From Myxococcota bacterium (lineage in GTDB: Bacteria; Myxococcota_A; Polyangia; Nannocystales; Nannocystaceae), in the NCBI GenBank assembly GCA_039028615.1, contig JBCCHT010000056.1:1-64000 (forward strand): 64,000 nt of DNA, given 5' to 3'. This document shows, piece after piece, positions 58,778 through 64,000 of the stretch (the stretch's first letter is position 1; each line of letters starts with the position of its first letter). The notes under the pieces are model-generated. The model was not told the DNA's origin, made no database searches, and saw only the letters and a program-made list of their open reading frames with translations. The position numbers were made by a program, and so were the translations under genes.

Positions 58778-59485
58778 ATGGCCGTGCTCGAGTGGTTGCG
58801 ACGACGACGCGCAGGGGCCGATCCCATCGAGCTGCGCCCGCGAGATTGCCACTGCCACGTGATCCCCGGGGTCGACGACGGCAGCCGCGACATGGCCGAG
58901 TCGATGGCCATGCTCCGCCTGCTGCACGACGCGGGAGCCGAGCACGTCATCGCCACGCCCCACATCCTGCCCGGTCGATTCGACAACGAGCCCGACGACC
59001 TGCGCCGGGCCTTCGACGCCCTCGCGGATGCTGCCCAGCGCCTCGCCATCCCCGTTCGCCTGGAGCTGGGCGCCGAGCACTACCTCGGCGAAGCGCTGCA
59101 GCAGCGGGTGCACGACGACTCGGTGATCGCGTTTGGCCCGGAGCGCTACGTGCTGTTCGAGACCCCCACCTGCCCCGAGCCTCCCGTGGGCCTGCGGCAG
59201 CTGGTCTACGCGCTGGTCGACCGCGGCTACACCCCGCTCATCGCTCACGTCGAGCGCTACCCGTACCTGCGAGACGAAGGCGGCGAGGAACTCGTCGAAG
59301 ACCTACGCGCGGCCGGGGCCCGCTTCCAGGTCAACCGCACCGTCGGCGGCGCCAACCGACCGGGGTACGGCACACGAGGTCGCTTCATCGCCTGGCTCCG
59401 CGAGTGCGACTTCATCGACGAAGTCGGTAGCGACCTGCACCGCGCCACCCCCGAAGGCCGCCCCTACGCCCGCGCGGCCGGCTAG
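58778..59485 (+). CDS. PHP-family tyrosine phosphatase (CpsB/CapC/YwqE-like)
   Basis: DCHCHVIPGVDDG, ATPH, IAHVERY, GSDLH. Confidence 0.9.
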   Translation: MAVLEWLRRRRAGADPIELRPRDCHCHVIPGVDDGSRDMAESMAMLRLLHDAGAEHVIATPHILPGRFDNEPDDLRRAFDALADAAQRLAIPVRLELGAEHYLGEALQQRVHDDSVIAFGPERYVLFETPTCPEPPVGLRQLVYALVDRGYTPLIAHVERYPYLRDEGGEELVEDLRAAGARFQVNRTVGGANRPGYGTRGRFIAWLRECDFIDEVGSDLHRATPEGRPYARAAG

Positions 59486-59489
59486 AGTC

Positions 59490-60467
59490 CTACGCGTTGG
59501 CCTCGAGCCAGGCCTTGATCCCCGAGTGGAGCCGGGGGTGGTGTTGCTGCATGTAGCCGAGGTCCGTGGTTTGCCACTCGGTGGGCGCGTCGCGCCCTTC
59601 GAGGGCGGCTTCGATCTGCGCCCACACATCGGCGGGCACAGGCCGATCACTCGCGCCCCCGAGGTTCGCCTCGGCCGGATCGATCGCCCAACGATAGAGC
59701 GTCTTGCCGTCGCGATCGATGGCGATGACGGCGGGCTGCGACATCCCGTGCGGGTAGGCGGTGGCGTCGGCGGCCAGCGGGGTCTGCTCGCGTGGGGTGA
59801 TGGCGACATCGAAGCGACGCGCCAGGGTCAACGAGGGATCGGAGACGACGCCGAAGGGCAGCGCCCAGTCCCGTGCCGCCGCCCGTGCGCCCTCGGGGCT
59901 CTGAGCCGTCACCGCGAAGAGCTCTCCGCCGCGCGCCCGCACCCGCTGCACGAACTCGCCGCCGAGATCCTTCAGGTAGCCTTGGCACCACGGGCACCAG
60001 TCGCCGCGGAAGAACACCAGCACGGTCAGCGGCCGCGCCTGAACTTCGGCGTCGAGCCAGTCGGCGGCGACTTGGGCCGACCAGTGGTCGTCCGCCCGGG
60101 CAATCTGCCCCGCCTCGTCGCCCTGCTCGTTCCATTGCTCGAGGGTGTTCGTGCCGCCCTCGTTGTAAAAGAGGAACAGACGGCCCCCGACGATCTTGAA
60201 GGTGCGGGGATCGGCCGGAGCCCGCCCCCCTTCGGCCCCCATCGCGAAGGCACAGAATCCGCCGTACTCGGGGAGGTAGCGCAGGGGTTCGGCGAGGAAG
60301 GCCTCGCGCTCCGCCTCATCGTAGAAGTGATAGGTCGCGCCACCAAACTGCGCAAAAATCGCAGGATCGCCGCGGCGGACCTGGCCCTGGGTGTGGTAGC
60401 TGACGGGGCTGTAGCCTTCGAGTCCAATGCCGCTCTCGGGACGGTTGGTGTGCTTTTGCGTCTGCAT
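59490..60467 (-). CDS. YHS-domain + peroxiredoxin-like (AhpC/TSA) redoxin fusion
   Basis: GYSPVSY, PEYGGFCAFAM, GGRLFLFY, then FFRGDWCPWC, VVSDP, QPAV. Confidence 0.8.
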   Translation of the reverse strand: MQTQKHTNRPESGIGLEGYSPVSYHTQGQVRRGDPAIFAQFGGATYHFYDEAEREAFLAEPLRYLPEYGGFCAFAMGAEGGRAPADPRTFKIVGGRLFLFYNEGGTNTLEQWNEQGDEAGQIARADDHWSAQVAADWLDAEVQARPLTVLVFFRGDWCPWCQGYLKDLGGEFVQRVRARGGELFAVTAQSPEGARAAARDWALPFGVVSDPSLTLARRFDVAITPREQTPLAADATAYPHGMSQPAVIAIDRDGKTLYRWAIDPAEANLGGASDRPVPADVWAQIEAALEGRDAPTEWQTTDLGYMQQHHPRLHSGIKAWLEANA

Positions 60468-60541
60468 CGTGCTGCCAAGCTAGGCGGCACCCGGGGCCCG
60501 CGGTAGGCGACATGCGCGTCTATCATTTATGCTCGAATGGC

Positions 60542-61441
60542 ATGGATCGGCTCAACGCCTACGGCTCGTTCCTCCGGGTGGTCGAGGCGGGTAGCTTCTC
60601 CGCGGCCGCACGCGAGCTCGGGGTCACCCAGCCGACCATCAGCAAGCAGATCGCCGCCCTCGAGGCCGAGCTGGAGACCGCGTTGCTGGTGCGAACCACT
60701 CGCAAGCTGTCGCTGACCGACGCGGGCAACCAGCTCTATGAGTCGGCGCGGTCGATCCTCGACGAGGTCGCGCGCACCGAGGCCGCGGTCCGCCGACTCG
60801 ACCAGGAACCGGTGGGCACCCTGCGGGTGAACCTCCCGCTCGTGTTCGGACAAGAGTGCATCGTGCCGCTGCTCCCCGAGTTCTTGCGAGCGCACCCGAA
60901 GATCGAGCTGGACCTGCACTTCACCGATCGATACGTCGACCTGCTCGAGGAGGGCGTGGACATCGTCGTCCGCATCGGCACCACGCCCGACAGCACACTC
61001 GTAGCGCGCAAGCTCGGGCTCACCCGGAGGGTGGTCGTCGCCTCACCGGACTTCCTCGCCCGACACGGCATGCCGCAGCAGCCCGGCGAGCTCGCCACCC
61101 GCCCCTGCGTGGTCTTTGCCAGCGGGGGTAGCGGCTCGCGCTGGGTCTTCGAACGCGGAGGGCAGCGCTCGGCGGTGCGGCTGTCCTCCATCGTGCGCTC
61201 GGACAACGGACACGTCCTCCGCGACCTCGCCGTTCGAGGCGTCGGGATCACCACGCTCGCCTCGTGGCTGGTCGCGCCCGACATCGAAGCCGGCCGATTG
61301 GTGCCGCTGCTCGAGGACTACACGATGCCCACCATGGACATCACGGCGCTGTACCCCAGCCGTCGCTTCCTGCCGCACCGCGCTCGCCGATTCCTGGAGT
61401 TCCTCGAGCGCCGCTTCTCGGGACACCCCCAGCTCGGTTGA
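60542..61441 (+). CDS. LysR family transcriptional regulator (CrgA/DmlR-like)
   Basis: GSFSAAARELGVTQPTISKQIAALE, RTTRKLSLTDAG; divergent from the YHS-redoxin gene. Confidence 0.95.
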   Translation: MDRLNAYGSFLRVVEAGSFSAAARELGVTQPTISKQIAALEAELETALLVRTTRKLSLTDAGNQLYESARSILDEVARTEAAVRRLDQEPVGTLRVNLPLVFGQECIVPLLPEFLRAHPKIELDLHFTDRYVDLLEEGVDIVVRIGTTPDSTLVARKLGLTRRVVVASPDFLARHGMPQQPGELATRPCVVFASGGSGSRWVFERGGQRSAVRLSSIVRSDNGHVLRDLAVRGVGITTLASWLVAPDIEAGRLVPLLEDYTMPTMDITALYPSRRFLPHRARRFLEFLERRFSGHPQLG

Positions 61442-61450
61442 GCCCGGCCC

Positions 61451-62677
61451 TCAAGGCCAGCGGGCCAAGATGCCCACCAGCGCCTCGCCGTAGGTCGTGT
61501 TGAGGGCTTCTTCGCGGATCTCGTAGACCGGCGCCTCGCCGCTCATGAAACCGGTGTTCACCCGAGCCCGCACCCACGGACCCACGCCGGCCTGGCTCAC
61601 CCACGCGTAGCCGAGGCCGAACTGGCCGTAGACCGAGTGCCGCGGCAACCGGTTGCCGGCCTGGTCGGGATCGCGATGCACGTAGAAGCCGACCGCATCG
61701 ACGGCGATGCGATGAGCCGGGCGTGGGTGGAAGGCCAGCCGCACGCTGGCCCGCGCGTGCCGTTGCGTGTCGAGATAGACCCACGCGTAGCGGCCCTGCA
61801 CGTTCCAGCCCAGGCGCCAGCGAATCCCCAGCAAGTGGTCGAGCCCGTAGCCGAGGTGAATGATGGTGTCGCGCAGGCCTCCCGGGGCGATCGACACCCC
61901 GTCGACGTCGCTCTTGGCGATGGAGTGCGTGGTGACCCCGACCGCGAGTCGATCGTCGAAGGAAACCCCGCGCCGCGACGCCGCCCAGGGGCGCCCGGAC
62001 AGCTCGACCTGGTGGTCGTGCACCCGCACGCGGATGTTGCTGGCGTCGTACCAGGCCATGCCGTGGCGTCCGCCGATGGCCATCCACGGCGTCAGCGACA
62101 GCGCCCACGCGCCTGCAGGACGCAGCGCCCAGACGCGGCGACTGAATAGCCCCCACGACTGCGGCACGTAGGCACCCGAGACATCGGCTCCCAGCCACAG
62201 CGTGCGCCGCAGCTCCGGGTCGCGATAGCGGATGATCCCCAGCTCGGGATACGGCGCAAAGACCTGCCACTGCCCTTCGTCGGGGCGCTCGCGGTTGCGG
62301 CGACGGCCACGGCGAGAACCGGTGCGTGCGTCCTCCTCCCGCTCCGTCTCGGGCTCCTCGACGTCGGCCGTTTCGGGCTCGACCGGCTCCGCCGTGCTCG
62401 GTGCGTCATCGAGCACCTCCGCGACCTCGGGCGGCTCTGTGTCCCTGCCCTCCTCGACCGCGGCATCCGCTGGCTCTGAACTCTCCGCTTCTTCGGACTC
62501 GGCCTCGCTGCGTTCGTCCTCGACCGGTGCATCGTCGGGGGCCTCGTCGCTCGCGGCCGCCCCGTCGTCGTCCATCGCCTCAGTCGCTTCGACGACATCC
62601 GACTCCAGCTCCGGCTCGACCCCGTGCCCGGCGAAGCCGAGCCCGAGCGTCACCGCCAGCAGGAACGAGGCAGCCAT
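61451..62677 (-). CDS. Hypothetical exported protein, probable outer-membrane beta-barrel
   Basis: Signal peptide, acidic linker, alternating aromatic/Gly strands, ends ILARWP. Confidence 0.6.
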   Translation of the reverse strand: MAASFLLAVTLGLGFAGHGVEPELESDVVEATEAMDDDGAAASDEAPDDAPVEDERSEAESEEAESSEPADAAVEEGRDTEPPEVAEVLDDAPSTAEPVEPETADVEEPETEREEDARTGSRRGRRRNRERPDEGQWQVFAPYPELGIIRYRDPELRRTLWLGADVSGAYVPQSWGLFSRRVWALRPAGAWALSLTPWMAIGGRHGMAWYDASNIRVRVHDHQVELSGRPWAASRRGVSFDDRLAVGVTTHSIAKSDVDGVSIAPGGLRDTIIHLGYGLDHLLGIRWRLGWNVQGRYAWVYLDTQRHARASVRLAFHPRPAHRIAVDAVGFYVHRDPDQAGNRLPRHSVYGQFGLGYAWVSQAGVGPWVRARVNTGFMSGEAPVYEIREEALNTTYGEALVGILARWP

Positions 62678-62683
62678 GCGGCG

Positions 62684-63181
62684 TCAGCCGCCAGTGACCG
62701 TCACTGCGAACGAGATCGCCGCGACGCTCAGCACGTAGCGATTGCTGGTCACCGACAGCTGGGCGCTATAGGGGCGGCCCGGCTTGAGGGTCAGTCCCCC
62801 CGGCGACTCGTTGAAGAAGGTGAGCGTGACCAGCTCGCGGTCCTCGTCGAGCGACCACGCGAACTCACCGGGCGCAGCCGGAGTGCCGTCGACGGGGGTG
62901 CCCACCGCCAGGTCGGCCGCGGCCCCCGACATGTCGCTGGCGATGAACAGCGAGACGGAGCGCTCCATCTCGGTCTCGAACTCCTCGTCGCCGACCTCGG
63001 GCACGGGCAGCTCGAAGGGCAGCTCCACCGTGCCCAGTGCGCCCTCGATCTCCACCGTAACGCCGTCCGCGAGTTCGTCGACGTCGAGGCGAGCATCGCC
63101 CTGCGTCACCACATCGTCCGGGCAGCCCGTGGCCAGGACGAGCACCGCGAGCAGCGACGACGAACAGACAAGCCGGCCCAT
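62684..63181 (-). CDS. Hypothetical lipoprotein (Ig-like)
   Basis: Lipobox ATGC; beta-rich; 6 bp from the next gene. Confidence 0.65.
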   Translation of the reverse strand: MGRLVCSSSLLAVLVLATGCPDDVVTQGDARLDVDELADGVTVEIEGALGTVELPFELPVPEVGDEEFETEMERSVSLFIASDMSGAAADLAVGTPVDGTPAAPGEFAWSLDEDRELVTLTFFNESPGGLTLKPGRPYSAQLSVTSNRYVLSVAAISFAVTVTGG

Positions 63182-63230
63182 GCGATCGGGATGGTAACGC
63201 ACCCTCGCCCGCCCCGTCGTGACGCGGGCC

Positions 63231-64000
63231 TCAGCTCGGGGCGACCGCGGCGGCGATCTGCTCGAGCCACGCGATCCCGGCCTCGACCGTCGCCTCGGGC
63301 AGCCCCTGGACCCAGGCCACATGGTCGACCTCGGACGGCTCGAGAGGCAGCGGGCACGGCCCCGGATCTCGCTCCAGCTCCAACGCCGGCATCTCGGCCT
63401 CGCGCTCGCGAACGAACGCGGTCAGGCGCTTGACTCGCTCGGCGATGCAGTCGTCGAGGGTCTCGGCCGCCGCCTGCGTCACGATGCGTCGCGCGTCGAA
63501 CTGCGACCCCTCGGGGATCCGAGCCAGGCGCACGTGCCGATACCAAGCCCGCAGCGCCACCAGCTGAGCGATGTACTGCACGTTACGGCCCTGACGAGGT
63601 TGCGGGCGATCGAGCTTGTCGATGGAAAACGGGCGATCGAGCTTGGGCAGGGTCTGGATCACGAGCCGCTTGGCGTCCACCGGGCGCCGCACGACCTGCC
63701 CCGCGCCGGTCACCGAGCCATAGCCCACCCGGCCGGGCCCCACGAGGCCCCCGGCGCCGCCCAGGAAAATCCGAGGTTCGCGCAAGAACACCCCGCGCAC
63801 CACATCGCCCACCAGCGACGCCGTGGCCTTGTCCCCCCGCTTGCCCCAGGGCGTGAAGTTGAAGTGGATGAACCCGCTCCCCACCTCGCTGTGATCTTTG
63901 CGGGACGTGCCCCCGGCCATGAGCACGTCGCAGAAATTGATGAGCGAGCCCAGGGTCACGAAGCTGAGCAGGATGGTGTGCTTGAGCCCCACACAGTGGG
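63231..64000 (-). CDS. GlmU-like/hexapeptide sugar-nucleotide enzyme, C-terminal part (gene runs off the window)
   Basis: VGLKHTILLSFVTLGSLINFCD.LMAGGTSRKDHSEVGS..IHFNFTP; family recalled from memory. Confidence 0.55.
   Translation of the reverse strand, partial: HCVGLKHTILLSFVTLGSLINFCDVLMAGGTSRKDHSEVGSGFIHFNFTPWGKRGDKATASLVGDVVRGVFLREPRIFLGGAGGLVGPGRVGYGSVTGAGQVVRRPVDAKRLVIQTLPKLDRPFSIDKLDRPQPRQGRNVQYIAQLVALRAWYRHVRLARIPEGSQFDARRIVTQAAAETLDDCIAERVKRLTAFVREREAEMPALELERDPGPCPLPLEPSEVDHVAWVQGLPEATVEAGIAWLEQIAAAVAPS

Noticed and set aside
59490..60467. Possible selenoprotein (YHS or redoxin Sec)
   Set aside because: The relevant positions are Cys codons, with no in-frame TGA.
1..64000. tRNA/rRNA genes, IS elements, integrases, prophage or known defence systems
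   Set aside because: No T-loop/cloverleaf, transposase, recombinase or phage motifs were recognised by eye; tRNAscan, ISEScan and DefenseFinder runs would be needed to exclude them formally.

Overview
High-GC, gene-dense chromosomal window, most likely from a myxobacterium. The Nannocystaceae-like assignment is an inference from Cys-rich lipoproteins with Ser/Thr/Gly linkers, TPR-bearing Ser/Thr kinases and a sigma54 promoter. About 55 CDS are supported. Housekeeping genes include hisS, proS, ilvE, an rhlE-like helicase and meaB. Also present are an ECF sigma/zinc anti-sigma/S41 protease operon, an MMPL + LolA-like + beta-barrel transport triad, a partial aminobenzoyl-CoA-type beta-oxidation cluster, and polysaccharide genes spread over several loci. 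No rRNA, tRNA, CRISPR array, transposase or integrase was recognised by eye. The best candidates for undescribed systems are: (i) a signal-less metzincin-like protease paired with a TIMP/NTR-like + helical-repeat partner (35379-37576); (ii) a small transthyretin-like/peptidoglycan-binding adaptor translationally coupled to a Tle5-type phospholipase D (5916-7891); (iii) an ECF module with its own PDZ tail-specific protease (261-2559); (iv) a MATE-DUF5519 fusion; (v) a sigma54-driven lipoprotein/peptide/kinase/DUF6183 operon. All family calls come from motif recognition by eye, and no database searches were run.
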